Origin: Bacillota bacterium
GTDB lineage: Bacteria; Bacillota; Clostridia; Peptostreptococcales; Anaerovoracaceae
Assembly (NCBI GenBank): GCA_030535275.1
Contig: JAUNIQ010000003.1
Span: 1-52,720 of the forward strand
Reading direction: 5' to 3'
Length of the DNA stretch: 52,720 nt
Part shown: one piece after another, positions 28,692 to 39,278 of the stretch
Numbering within the stretch: position 1 is the stretch's first letter
How the letters are laid out: every line of letters starts with the position of its first letter
Notes under the pieces: generated by a model
Database searches by the model: none
Seen by the model: only the letters and a program-made list of their open reading frames with translations
What the model was told of the DNA's origin: nothing
Made by a program: the position numbers and the translations under genes

Positions 28692-30341
28692 ATGAACGAC
28701 AATATTTCGAAACGAATAAAAGAGATTCTGTACGATTACGTATCGGTAAAGAGCACAACATACACAGCGGATGAAAAGAATGCCACAAAGTATCTGACAG
28801 AACTTTTCAAAGCAATGGATTACTTCAGAGAGAATCCTGATAAATACGGTACTCTTGAAATTGAAGGTGATCCCTTTGACAGATCGGTGTTTTACGGGAT
28901 GGTCAGGGGCAAAGGCAACAGAACGGTTGTAATGATTCACCATTACGATGTGGTGGACGTTGAAGATTTCAAACTCATGAAAGACATGGCTTATTCTCCT
29001 GATGAACTTGAAGCCTCACTGATGAAAATCCGTGGAAGCTTTTCAGATGAGGCCAGAACGGATATGGAATCAGAGGAATTCATGTTCGGTAGGGGAACGG
29101 CAGATATGAAAGGCGGCGGAGCAATTCAGATCGCCTTGCTGGAGGCATTCAGCCAGCAGCAGGAGCCTCAGGGAAACCTGATTGTGCTGGCAGTTCCAGA
29201 CGAAGAGAATGCATCCGCCGGAATGCTGGCAGGAGTAGGGCTCCTTAGAGAACTCAAACAAAAGCATGGTCTGGAATATTTGATGATGATAAATTCGGAG
29301 CCTCACCAGAGAAAGCATCCGGACAGGGGTGTTTTCTCTACAGGTACTGTTGGCAAAATAATGCCATTCGTTTATGTACGCGGATATCTGTCACACGTGG
29401 GAAAGGTCTTTGAGGGATTTAATCCTGTTGGACTCATGAATGAAATCGTGAGAAGAACAGAACTTAACATGGATTTTGCGGATTCCATAGAAGGGGAATG
29501 TTCACCTCCGCCAACATGGCTTTCTCTGAAGGACAGCAAGACTCATTACGATGTTTCAATGCCTCTCTCCATATCGGGATTTTTCAGCGTCCTGACGCTA
29601 ACGAAGACGCCGACTGAAATCATGGATATGCTCAGGGGAATATGCGAAGAGGCCTTTGACCATGTAATAGCATCCATGAATGAGAGCTATGAATGCTTCT
29701 GCCGAGAAGCGGAGCCTGTGGTAAAACATCTTCCGTGGAAGAAGGATGTAATGGATTTCTCGCGGCTTTATGAAAGGGCATGCAGTGAAAACGAAAGATT
29801 TGCTGCTGATTTTGCAGAGTACAGCAGGCAGGTTGCAGGGATGATAAAAGAGGGCGGCATCGATACAAGCGATGGAAACCTGAAGCTGGTTGAATTCATG
29901 TTTGATTACATAAGCGACATGTCGCCATGTGTTGTGTTCGGAATCATTCCGCCATTCTACCCGAGCGTATGGGAAGGAGCGGACTACTGCGCCGGATCGA
30001 GCGGCAGACTGGCAGAGCATCTGCAGAACTTCACAAAAGAGCAGTTTGGTCAGGAGTATGAGAAGGAGCTGTTCTACACCGGAATATGTGACCTGAGCTA
30101 TTCGGGAACAGGAAATTACGAGAGGATTGAAGAGATGCTGCGAAACAACATGCCGTTCTTCGGCAGCTTCTACAGCATTCCATTTGAAGACATTTCGGAA
30201 ATATCCATGCCATGCATCAACATCGGGCCGTGGGGAAAGGATTTTCATAAGCTTACCGAGAGGGTAAGCAGACAGGATTTATTCTGCAGAACACCTGCAA
30301 TACTGGAGGAGGCAATAAACACTCTGCTAATTCAAAAATAA
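28692..30341 (+). CDS. rocB: RocB-like M20/M25/M40 metallo-hydrolase
   Basis: HHYDVV, GRGTADMKGG, PDEE, GTVGK, NIGPWGKDFHKLTERV. Confidence 0.82.
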   Translation: MNDNISKRIKEILYDYVSVKSTTYTADEKNATKYLTELFKAMDYFRENPDKYGTLEIEGDPFDRSVFYGMVRGKGNRTVVMIHHYDVVDVEDFKLMKDMAYSPDELEASLMKIRGSFSDEARTDMESEEFMFGRGTADMKGGGAIQIALLEAFSQQQEPQGNLIVLAVPDEENASAGMLAGVGLLRELKQKHGLEYLMMINSEPHQRKHPDRGVFSTGTVGKIMPFVYVRGYLSHVGKVFEGFNPVGLMNEIVRRTELNMDFADSIEGECSPPPTWLSLKDSKTHYDVSMPLSISGFFSVLTLTKTPTEIMDMLRGICEEAFDHVIASMNESYECFCREAEPVVKHLPWKKDVMDFSRLYERACSENERFAADFAEYSRQVAGMIKEGGIDTSDGNLKLVEFMFDYISDMSPCVVFGIIPPFYPSVWEGADYCAGSSGRLAEHLQNFTKEQFGQEYEKELFYTGICDLSYSGTGNYERIEEMLRNNMPFFGSFYSIPFEDISEISMPCINIGPWGKDFHKLTERVSRQDLFCRTPAILEEAINTLLIQK

Positions 30342-30348
30342 ATCATTT

Positions 30349-30364
30349 AATTCAAAACTGAATT
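30349..30364. promoter_or_regulatory. Putative enhancer (UAS) AATTCA-N4-TGAATT
   Basis: AATTCAAAACTGAATT about 110 bp upstream of a sigma54 promoter; same motif at 34580 and 36118/36139. Confidence 0.7.
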
Positions 30365-30471
30365 ATTATAGGGCGATAATTGAATATAGAACAGGGAATG
30401 AAAAAATATTTTTTTCCGCAAAACCAAGCAATACTTATATGCCAGACGATATCGATTAAATGCGATAGAGC

Positions 30472-30488
30472 TTGGCATATATTTTGCT
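30472..30488 (+). promoter_or_regulatory. Sigma54 -24/-12 promoter
   Basis: TTGGCATATATTTTGCT, exact GG-N10-GC spacing. Confidence 0.85.
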
Positions 30489-30531
30489 TTATAGGAGTAT
30501 GTACAAGTATGAACAATAAGGAGAAAGTAAT

Positions 30532-31941
30532 ATGGATGTAAAACAGGTCAAAAAAGATTTGTGTAGCTGGATTGATGAGAACAAGCAGGAGTTCAGTGAC
30601 CTTGCTCGTTATGTATGGGAGCAGGCCGAGCTCAGCATGGAAGAAAAGAACTCATCGGCAGCACATATTGAAGTTTTGTCGAAGTACGGTTTTGAAATTG
30701 AAAAAGGTGTTTCCGGTGTTCCTTATGCTTATATTGCAACATACGAGAACGGTGGACCGGTAATCGGGATAAATGCAGAGTACGATGCACTTCCTGGATT
30801 GTCACAGGACACCTGCTGTACGAAGAAACCAATTAAACAGGACGGTCCGGGGCACGGATGCGGTCATAACCTGCTGGGAGCCGGTGGCGTTAATGCAGCT
30901 GTAGCACTCAAGGTTATAGCAGAAAAGTACGGCATCAATGTGACAATCAAAGTATTTGGAGCCGCTGCTGAAGAAATCTGCATAGGCAAGCCTTTTATGG
31001 CAAGAGACGGATACTTCGAAGGCGTGGATGTGTTCTTTGACTGGCACCCTTGGAGCTATAACCGTGCGGACTATGATACATGCAACGCATATTTCAATAT
31101 CAAGTATCACTTCAAAGGCAAGGCATGCCACGGTAACTCGCCATGGTACGGCAGAAGTGCATTTGATGCTGCAATGTTGCAGGGACATGCTGTTGAAATG
31201 CTGAGAGAACATATCAGACCATCGATGTGCGGACTGGACGCAGCTAACACAATCAACTATACATTCTCGGATACAGGTCCGGAAATACCGAGTGTTGTTG
31301 CAGACAGAACAACAGCCTGGTACATTGGCAGATTTGACCGTGCGGAACTCATGGTTGACGTTATAGACAGAATCAACAAGTGTGCAGAAGGTGCGGCGCT
31401 TGCAACTGGAACAACAGTTGAAATCGAGACTGTTACAGCCTGTCATGACAAGCTTGAAAACGTTGTTCTGTCAGAGGTAATGCATAAGAACATGGAAGAA
31501 ATCGGTGTTCCTAAGTTTACTGAGGAAGAGCATCAGTATGCGAAGAATCTGCAGAAGGCAATCGGGCTGAATCCAATAGGTCTTGATGAAACCATCATGC
31601 CGTTTGGCGGTGGCGGAACTGCGCTTTGCGATACTTCTGAGTACAGCTGGTTTGCACCGTATGCAACCATATGGGTAACAGCAGGTCCATCGGGAACAGG
31701 CTGGCACAACTGGACAACAGTAGCATGCACGGGAACTGAAATTGGCTTCAAGGCTGTAAATTGTGCAGCTAAGATAATGGCAGCCTCAGCACTTGACGTT
31801 CTGGCTGATCCGTCACTCATTGACAAAGCAAAGGCAGAACTGAAGGAAAGAATGTCTGAAAGACAGTATATAAAGCTTCTGCCGGACGATGCGAAGCCAC
31901 CTGTAGGAATCAATGCCGAAAACATGGCAAAGTTCAGATAA
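30532..31941 (+). CDS. M20 amidohydrolase, AbgB-like (aminobenzoyl-glutamate hydrolase subunit B family)
   Basis: AEYDALPGLSQ, GHGCGHNLLG, AEE, DWHP, GRSAFDA. Confidence 0.88.
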   Translation: MDVKQVKKDLCSWIDENKQEFSDLARYVWEQAELSMEEKNSSAAHIEVLSKYGFEIEKGVSGVPYAYIATYENGGPVIGINAEYDALPGLSQDTCCTKKPIKQDGPGHGCGHNLLGAGGVNAAVALKVIAEKYGINVTIKVFGAAAEEICIGKPFMARDGYFEGVDVFFDWHPWSYNRADYDTCNAYFNIKYHFKGKACHGNSPWYGRSAFDAAMLQGHAVEMLREHIRPSMCGLDAANTINYTFSDTGPEIPSVVADRTTAWYIGRFDRAELMVDVIDRINKCAEGAALATGTTVEIETVTACHDKLENVVLSEVMHKNMEEIGVPKFTEEEHQYAKNLQKAIGLNPIGLDETIMPFGGGGTALCDTSEYSWFAPYATIWVTAGPSGTGWHNWTTVACTGTEIGFKAVNCAAKIMAASALDVLADPSLIDKAKAELKERMSERQYIKLLPDDAKPPVGINAENMAKFR

Positions 31942-32009
31942 GGCAGTTATTGCATATTGTAATTATTCATAAATCGTTATCATTAGTATCATTATTGAAA
32001 GGAGACAAA

Positions 32010-33392
32010 ATGGATTACGGAATTTTATCCATTGCGCCTATCGTAATAGTGTTCGCGGTAGCTCTTTCAACTAAGAGAACTCTGCTGGCACTGTTTTCGG
32101 GATCAGTAGGGGGCGCACTGATTCTCGGTAAAACTGGAATCTTCGGAACCTGGTTTGACTACTTCTACCAGTCATTTGCAGATCCTGATGCTGAATGGCT
32201 GATCATGGTTACATGTCTGTTCGGAGTTCTGGTTGCACTGTTCGAAAGCTCGGGAGCAATCGATGACTTTGCTATCTGGGTTAGACGTTTTGTAAACAGC
32301 AAGAGAAAGGCTCTGCTGCTGACTTACCTTCTGGGATTTGTAATCTTCCTGGATGACTACCTCAACAATCTGGTAGTAGGTACAGCAATGAAGCCGATGA
32401 CTGACAAGTACGGAATCCCAAGATCACAGCTTGCTTATGTAGTAAATAGTACTGCAGCACCTATATGCGTTCTGATTCCGATTTCATCATGGGCAGTATT
32501 CTTCGGAACTCTGCTGGAAGGTGAAGGAGTAACTTACAACGGAACAGGTATTGGAGCGTACATTCACTCACTGCCGCTGGTATTCTACGGCTGGATTGCA
32601 CTGATTGTTGTACTGCTGGTTGTACTCGGAGTTCTTCCTCCAATCGGACCAATGAAGAAGCATGCCAAGATGGCTGAAGAAACAGGAAGAGTATTCCCTC
32701 CTGGCGAAGTTTATGATGAACTGAGCGAAGCTGCCATCGAAAGAGCAAAGTTTGAAGTTGATACTGACAAGAAGGTTAACCCTATTCTGTTCCTGCTGCC
32801 AATCCTGATAATGATTGTTGTTACAATTGCTGCCGGTGTTGATATCATTATCGGAACAACTTCCGCAATCGGAACTATGTTCGTACTGCTTCTGATTACC
32901 CGAAGGATGAAGGTGTTTGCAATATTTGAGGCAATCTATGAAGGTATTGTAAGCATGGCCTTCGTAGCAATTCTGGTAATACTGGCCTATATGCTCCAGA
33001 AGATGAACGGAGATTTGGGTCTTGCAGAATACGTTATTTCAGTTGTTGAGCCACTTATGAAGGGCGCATTCCTGCCTGCAGTAGTATTTATCTTCTGCGC
33101 GGTTTATGCATATTGCACAGGCTGCTTCTGGGATCTGGCTGCAATTATCACACCGCTCGTTATTCCTCTCGCAATCGCCATGGAAGTTGACCCTATGCTT
33201 GCCGGAGCGGCTATCTTCTCAGGTGCAGCATTCGGTTCAAACACCTGCATGTACGGTGATGCCATGATTCTGGTTTCCAAGTCGACAGACATGCAGCCGG
33301 TTGATAACATGCTGGCAACATTACCGTATGCAGCAGTTTCAGGCGGATTAACAGTAATAGCTTATATTGTTACAGGATTCATAATGTGCTAA
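32010..33392 (+). CDS. NhaC-family transporter, likely amino acid or peptide uptake
   Basis: IFLDDYLN, VNSTAAPIC..PISSW, SGAAFG; about 12 TM; SD AAGGAG. Confidence 0.87.
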   Translation: MDYGILSIAPIVIVFAVALSTKRTLLALFSGSVGGALILGKTGIFGTWFDYFYQSFADPDAEWLIMVTCLFGVLVALFESSGAIDDFAIWVRRFVNSKRKALLLTYLLGFVIFLDDYLNNLVVGTAMKPMTDKYGIPRSQLAYVVNSTAAPICVLIPISSWAVFFGTLLEGEGVTYNGTGIGAYIHSLPLVFYGWIALIVVLLVVLGVLPPIGPMKKHAKMAEETGRVFPPGEVYDELSEAAIERAKFEVDTDKKVNPILFLLPILIMIVVTIAAGVDIIIGTTSAIGTMFVLLLITRRMKVFAIFEAIYEGIVSMAFVAILVILAYMLQKMNGDLGLAEYVISVVEPLMKGAFLPAVVFIFCAVYAYCTGCFWDLAAIITPLVIPLAIAMEVDPMLAGAAIFSGAAFGSNTCMYGDAMILVSKSTDMQPVDNMLATLPYAAVSGGLTVIAYIVTGFIMC

Positions 33393-33415
33393 CCTATTAG
33401 CGGGGAGGCGATACT

Positions 33416-34492
33416 ATGAAAGAATCTCTAATAAAAAATCTCACAATTCTCGATAACCTCTATGGTGTGTCAGGAAATGAAGAAGCTGTTGCTGAAGCGG
33501 TAAAGGAACTGATGGAAGGCCTCTACGATAAGTACGAAGAGGATCCTTTGGGCAATCAGTACTACACAAGATATGGAAAGAACAAAGACAAGAAGTTTGT
33601 AATTTCTGCTCACATGGATGAGATTGGCTTCTGTATTAACCATATCGAGGAAAATGGTCTGGCCAGAATGCTTCCGGTAGGATTCCATGATGAACGAATG
33701 GGCATCAACCAGCATCTGGTTGCAATTACTCGTGAGGGCAAGGTAATTGAAGGCGTTACGGGATGCATACCATTCCACTTCCTGTCACCGGAAGACATGA
33801 AGCAGGGACTGACAATAGCTGACTTGAGCCTGGACTTCGGAACCAATACGCGAGAAGCAACCCAGGCACTGGGTGTTGATGTCGGTGACTACGTTACATG
33901 GAAGGCTGACGGAAAGATGATGAACGGAACAGACATTTACTGTGGCAAGTCAATTGATGACAGAGCTGCATGTGCCGTCCTGATTGAACTCATGAAGGAA
34001 TTCAGAGATGAAGCACCGGAGGTTACCATTGTTGCTGTATTCAGCACGCAGGAAGAAGTGGGCATGCGAGCCGGCGGAATCATCGCCGATCGCGAACATC
34101 CTGATTTCTTCATCGGACTGGACCTTACACTGGCAAGAGGCATACCTGGTCTTGAAGAGAATGTTGACCACACTGAAATGGGCAAGGGCATAGCTCTGAA
34201 CTATTTCGACTGGGACCCTGAACTCGGCATGACAGGAAATAATATTCCGAGAAAGGTAAACAACTTCTTTGAAGACCTCTGTGAGGCAAAGGATATTCCT
34301 TATCAGAAGGTAGTACTCGTGGGCGGAGGGACCGATTCATGGTCGGCAGCCCTCGGCGGCGGAGGCACTCTCTGCGGTGGAATATTCATTCCATCCCAGT
34401 ATGTTCATTCAGCAGTAGGAACGATTGATATCAACGATATGATCTGCACTGAAAGACTGCTGAGAGAAACAGTAAGAGAATTTCCGTTCTAG
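33416..34492 (+). CDS. M42 aminopeptidase
   Basis: GVSGNE, AHMDEIG, KSIDDRAAC, QEEVG, GGTD, YVHS. Confidence 0.9.
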   Translation: MKESLIKNLTILDNLYGVSGNEEAVAEAVKELMEGLYDKYEEDPLGNQYYTRYGKNKDKKFVISAHMDEIGFCINHIEENGLARMLPVGFHDERMGINQHLVAITREGKVIEGVTGCIPFHFLSPEDMKQGLTIADLSLDFGTNTREATQALGVDVGDYVTWKADGKMMNGTDIYCGKSIDDRAACAVLIELMKEFRDEAPEVTIVAVFSTQEEVGMRAGGIIADREHPDFFIGLDLTLARGIPGLEENVDHTEMGKGIALNYFDWDPELGMTGNNIPRKVNNFFEDLCEAKDIPYQKVVLVGGGTDSWSAALGGGGTLCGGIFIPSQYVHSAVGTIDINDMICTERLLRETVREFPF

Positions 34493-34513
34493 AAAATAGA
34501 ATACATATTTACC

Positions 34514-34542
34514 AAAGCCCGGCAATTCATGCTGGGCTTTTT
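34514..34542 (+). terminator. Intrinsic terminator
   Basis: AAAGCCCGGCA-ATTCA-TGCTGGGCTTT-TT. Confidence 0.8.
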
Positions 34543-34544
34543 GT

Positions 34545-34595
34545 TTGACATAAGAGCTCAATGCTAATATAATTCAATAAATTCGTTTTTGAATT
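34545..34595 (+). promoter_or_regulatory. Consensus sigmaA promoter with an operator immediately downstream
   Basis: TTGACA(34545)-17 bp-TATAAT(34568); AATTCGTTTTTGAATT at 34580-34595. Confidence 0.85.
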
Positions 34596-34640
34596 AAAAT
34601 TGATTCTTTTTTGAAAGAAAACAATGCAGGTGTGAATAAC

Positions 34641-36099
34641 ATGAGTCATAAACAACTAGAGACCATAATGGACCGCTACAGGAAATCGATTAATCAGATC
34701 CAGTTTGCCAAACCAGAACAGAACTGGCTGAATGATATCGATAGTAGTGATGATTCGGTTAACATTATCGATAAGCTTGTTCAGTTCAGCATTGAGCTCA
34801 ACAGTATCCTGGAAAACTGCCCTGACAGCATAACCGTAATGGATGCGGATGGAAAGACTTTGAGGGCAAATAAGACCTTTGAAGACACAACGGGGATAAA
34901 ACGGGAAGAAATAATAGGCAGAAACATAGTCGATATGGAAGAAGATGGATTCTTCAAGCCATCTGTTTATAGCATTGTCAAGCGTGGGGGCAGAAAGATA
35001 TCAGTACTCCAGGATGGCATGAACTGGAGGGCCGTTGCGACCGGGGCACCCGTATATCGTATATGATGAGGACGGCAAGCTGTTCAGAGTTGTATCCAAT
35101 GCCCAGGATCTGGACTCAATACGTGAAATAACGTCCTATGTTGATAAGCCTGAAGTTCCTGCCAAGAGTGCCGAGGACAGTCAGATAATTGCCGAAAGTG
35201 CAGTCATGAAGAACATTCTTCAGATTGCGGATCAGATAGCGAATGTAGACTCAAATGTGCTGATTACAGGCGAATCGGGAGTCGGCAAGGGTATGATAGC
35301 CAGCTACATCCACAGCAAAAGCAACAGAAGTGGTGGGGACATCGTTGAGATTAACTGCGGGGCTATCCCGGATAACCTCATTGAGTCTGAACTTTTTGGC
35401 TATGAAAGCGGAGCCTTTACAGGAGCTGCTCAGAAGGGTAAACCCGGTTTGATAGAGATGGCAGACAAGGGGACGCTCTTCCTTGATGAAATAGGTGAAC
35501 TGCCACTGAATCTGCAGGTTAAGCTTCTTAAGTTCTTGCAGAATCACAAAATTACGCGGGTGGGAGGGATCAAAGAGAAGCAGGTTGACGTTAGAGTAAT
35601 AGCCGCCACTAACAAGGACTTGAGAAAGATGGTCAAGGAAGGGACATTCAGAGACGACCTTTTCTACAGACTGAATGTTGTGCCGATTGAAATTCCACCA
35701 CTAAGGGAGCGTCCGGAGGACATTTACCCTGCAGCATGCTTCTTCGCCGAGAAATACAGGAAGAAATATCATAAGACATTTATTTTTAACGATGATTTTC
35801 TTGCAACTCTTCGCCAGTACAGGTGGATGGGAAATATGCGAGAACTGGAGAACTACATGGAACGAATTGTAGTAATGAGCGGAGAAGGGTTCAATTCCAA
35901 TCTGCTGAATCTGGTTGACGAAGAGACCGGTGATGAGGGGAAAAAGCTAACCCTGCAGGAAAGGTTGGATGCATACGAGGGACAGATAATACGTGAATCC
36001 TTCGAGCGCCACCATAACACATACAAGGTTGCAGATGAGCTGGGCATCAGCCAACCGAGCGCGTACAGAAAAATAAAGAAATATATCGAAAACAGGTAA
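34641..36099 (+). pseudogene. Sigma54-dependent activator (PAS-AAA+-HTH), frameshifted by a 7-bp duplication
   Basis: PAS fragment 34641-35066 and AAA+/HTH fragment to 36099 (GESGVGK, ESELFGY, GAFTGA, FLDEIGEL); CGTATAT duplicated at 35051-35064; removing one copy gives a continuous 483-aa ORF reading APVYDEDGK. Confidence 0.9.
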
Positions 36100-36117
36100 A
36101 TGACCCGAAAAAGGTTT

Positions 36118-36159
36118 AATTCAGTTGTGAATTAAAATAATTTGCAACTGAATTTTTTT
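36118..36159 (+). terminator. Terminator hairpin built from two tandem UAS palindromes
   Basis: AATTCAGTTGTGAATTA-AAA-TAATTTGCAACTGAATT-TTTTT; each arm matches AATTCA-N4-TGAATT. Confidence 0.75.
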
Positions 36160-36270
36160 ATTGCCTTTGCATTGAAATAATGCAAAGGCTGAATAGCGGC
36201 AATCCTTGAAAACACGCGATTTCAAGGGATTTGTAAAATAATTTGATTTTGTATTATTATTCTGGCGCAA

Positions 36271-36287
36271 TTGGCACGCATATTGCT
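36271..36287 (+). promoter_or_regulatory. Sigma54 -24/-12 promoter
   Basis: TTGGCACGCATATTGCT, consensus TGGCACG-N4-TTGC. Confidence 0.92.
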
Positions 36288-36344
36288 TTTAATAGAAAAT
36301 AGTTAAAAAAATAAAGTGTTTTAGATGAATTGAGGAGGACTTCA

Positions 36345-36884
36345 ATGATTGATGTACGTTGGTACGGAAGAGGCGGACAAGGCGCTTTCACCGCGGCGAG
36401 AATACTGGGCCGCATAATGTCCGTTTACAAGGGTGGTTATGCACTGGCATATCCATCATTCGGTCCCGAAAGAAGGGGCGCACCGGTTTGGAGTTTTACA
36501 AGAATCAGTGACAGCAAGATTCTTGACAGAAGCAACCCACCGGTAAGTGATTATCTTATTATTCTTGATGAAACGTTAATTGACGATGAAACATTCAAGG
36601 TTCTCAAGGAAGACGGACTTGTAATTATCAATACGGCAGAACCCGAAAAATACAGTGAACTGAAATTCAGAACTGTATGCATCAACGCAACTAAGATGGC
36701 TCAGGAGTACCTGGGAAGACCGATTACAAACGTTGCCATGATCGGTGCATTTGCAGCAGCATCAGGACTGTTTGAAATAGAAGATGGCGAAAAAGTTCTG
36801 GAGGACACTTTCGCTCCAAAGCTTTTCGTTAAGAATGCTGCATTGCTTAAGGCAAGCTACGAATCAGTGAAGGGAGGCAAATAA
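36345..36884 (+). CDS. porC: 2-oxoacid:ferredoxin oxidoreductase gamma subunit
   Basis: GRGGQGAFTA, SFGPERRGAP; SD GAGGAGG; substrate unknown. Confidence 0.9.
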   Translation: MIDVRWYGRGGQGAFTAARILGRIMSVYKGGYALAYPSFGPERRGAPVWSFTRISDSKILDRSNPPVSDYLIILDETLIDDETFKVLKEDGLVIINTAEPEKYSELKFRTVCINATKMAQEYLGRPITNVAMIGAFAAASGLFEIEDGEKVLEDTFAPKLFVKNAALLKASYESVKGGK

Positions 36885-36885
36885 T

Positions 36886-37179
36886 ATGCAGAGACAGAAA
36901 CCTGTAAAATTTGATTTTTCGGGAAAGCTCAAGGATGTGCCTCTTCCAATTGCTGTTCCCGGCAACCTGCTTTCAATAAATGCAGGCTTCAGGTCATTCA
37001 GACCTGTTATAGATAATGATAAGTGTGCAGGCTGCATGATGTGCTATGTAATGTGTCCGGACGGAACAATTTACAAAGAGGGCGAAGCGCTTGCAATCGA
37101 TTACGATTACTGCAAGGGCTGCGGCATCTGCGCCGAAGAATGTAAGCTTAAAGCAATAGAAATGGTACCGGAGGAGTAA
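36886..37179 (+). CDS. porD: 2-oxoacid:ferredoxin oxidoreductase delta subunit (2x[4Fe-4S])
   Basis: CAGCMMCYVMCP, DYDYCKGCGICAEEC. Confidence 0.92.
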   Translation: MQRQKPVKFDFSGKLKDVPLPIAVPGNLLSINAGFRSFRPVIDNDKCAGCMMCYVMCPDGTIYKEGEALAIDYDYCKGCGICAEECKLKAIEMVPEE

Positions 37180-37180
37180 T

Positions 37181-38373
37181 ATGGCAGGATATAAAGATTT
37201 CATTAGTGGTGATGAAGCTGTTGCTATCGGTGCCAAGCTGGCCAGACCGGAAGTTATTGCAGCTTATCCTATTACACCACAGACAATAGTAGTTGAGAGA
37301 CTTTCTGATTTTGTGGAAGACGGTTCTCTTGACTGTCAGTATTTACACGTTGAATCAGAGCACAGTGCAATTATGGCTGTTCTTGGTTCAGAGGCTATGG
37401 GATCCCGTTCATTTACAGCAACATCTTCACAGGGTCTGCTGTACATGGTTGAGGGACTCCCTTATGTCAGCGGAAGCAGATTCCCGGTTGTAATGATGAA
37501 TGCAAACCGTGCAATCGCTGTTCCGTGGAGCATTTACAACGACCACAACGACTCAATGTTCTGCATGAATTCAGGCTGGATTCAGATGTACGTTGAGGAT
37601 GCACAAGAAGCACTGGATATGGTAATCCAGGCATATAAAATCGGCGAAAACCCTAAGGTGATGCTGCCGGTAATGATCAATGTTGACGGATTCCTTCTCA
37701 CTCATACATATGAGCTGGTTGAAATTCCTGATCAGGCGGAAGTTGACAGTTTCCTGCCGCCTTATGTTACTGATCACAGAATGGACCTCAATGATTTTAA
37801 GAGCGTGTGCATAGGTGTTGGACCTGAATATCACACGGAATTCAGATACAGACAGTATCACGATTTCAAATACGCAGTAGATGCCATTGCTGAAGTTGAC
37901 AGGGAATACGGAGACAAGTTTGGACGCTACTATGGTGGAATGGTTGAAAAATACCGAATGGAAGATGCAGAGGTGGTTCTCGTTACTGTAGGAAGCATCA
38001 CCAGCACAGCCAGAACAGTTGTTGATTCAATGAGAGAGGAAGGAAAGAAAGTAGGACTGCTCAAGCTCAGATATCTCAGACCTTTCCCTGATGAAGCGTT
38101 CATAGGACTCAGCGACAACATTAAGGCGATCGGCGTTCTGGACAAGAACATGTCATACGGATATGAAGGTACAGTTTACACAAATGTAAACTCAGCACTG
38201 GCAAGACGCGAGAAGAGAATGCCTTCACTGAACTTTATTGCAGGTCTTGGAGGCCGTGCAATATCAAGAGAAGACATTGAAGAGATGTTCAATCAGCTTC
38301 TTGAATACAAGGGCGAAGCTGAAGCGGACAGAGTTCGCTTCATAAATCTCAATCTGAAGGAGGTGGAAGAATA

Positions 38374-38374
<1 letters not shown>
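37181..38374 (+). CDS. porA: 2-oxoacid:ferredoxin oxidoreductase alpha subunit
   Basis: AYPITPQT, ESEHSA, TATSSQGL, GLGGR. Confidence 0.93.
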
Positions 38375-39270
<896 letters not shown>

Positions 39271-39278
39271 GAGAGAAA

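Noticed and set aside
35040-35066. Programmed ribosomal frameshift in the activator
   Set aside because: No slippery heptamer or stimulatory structure; an exact 7-bp duplication explains the shift
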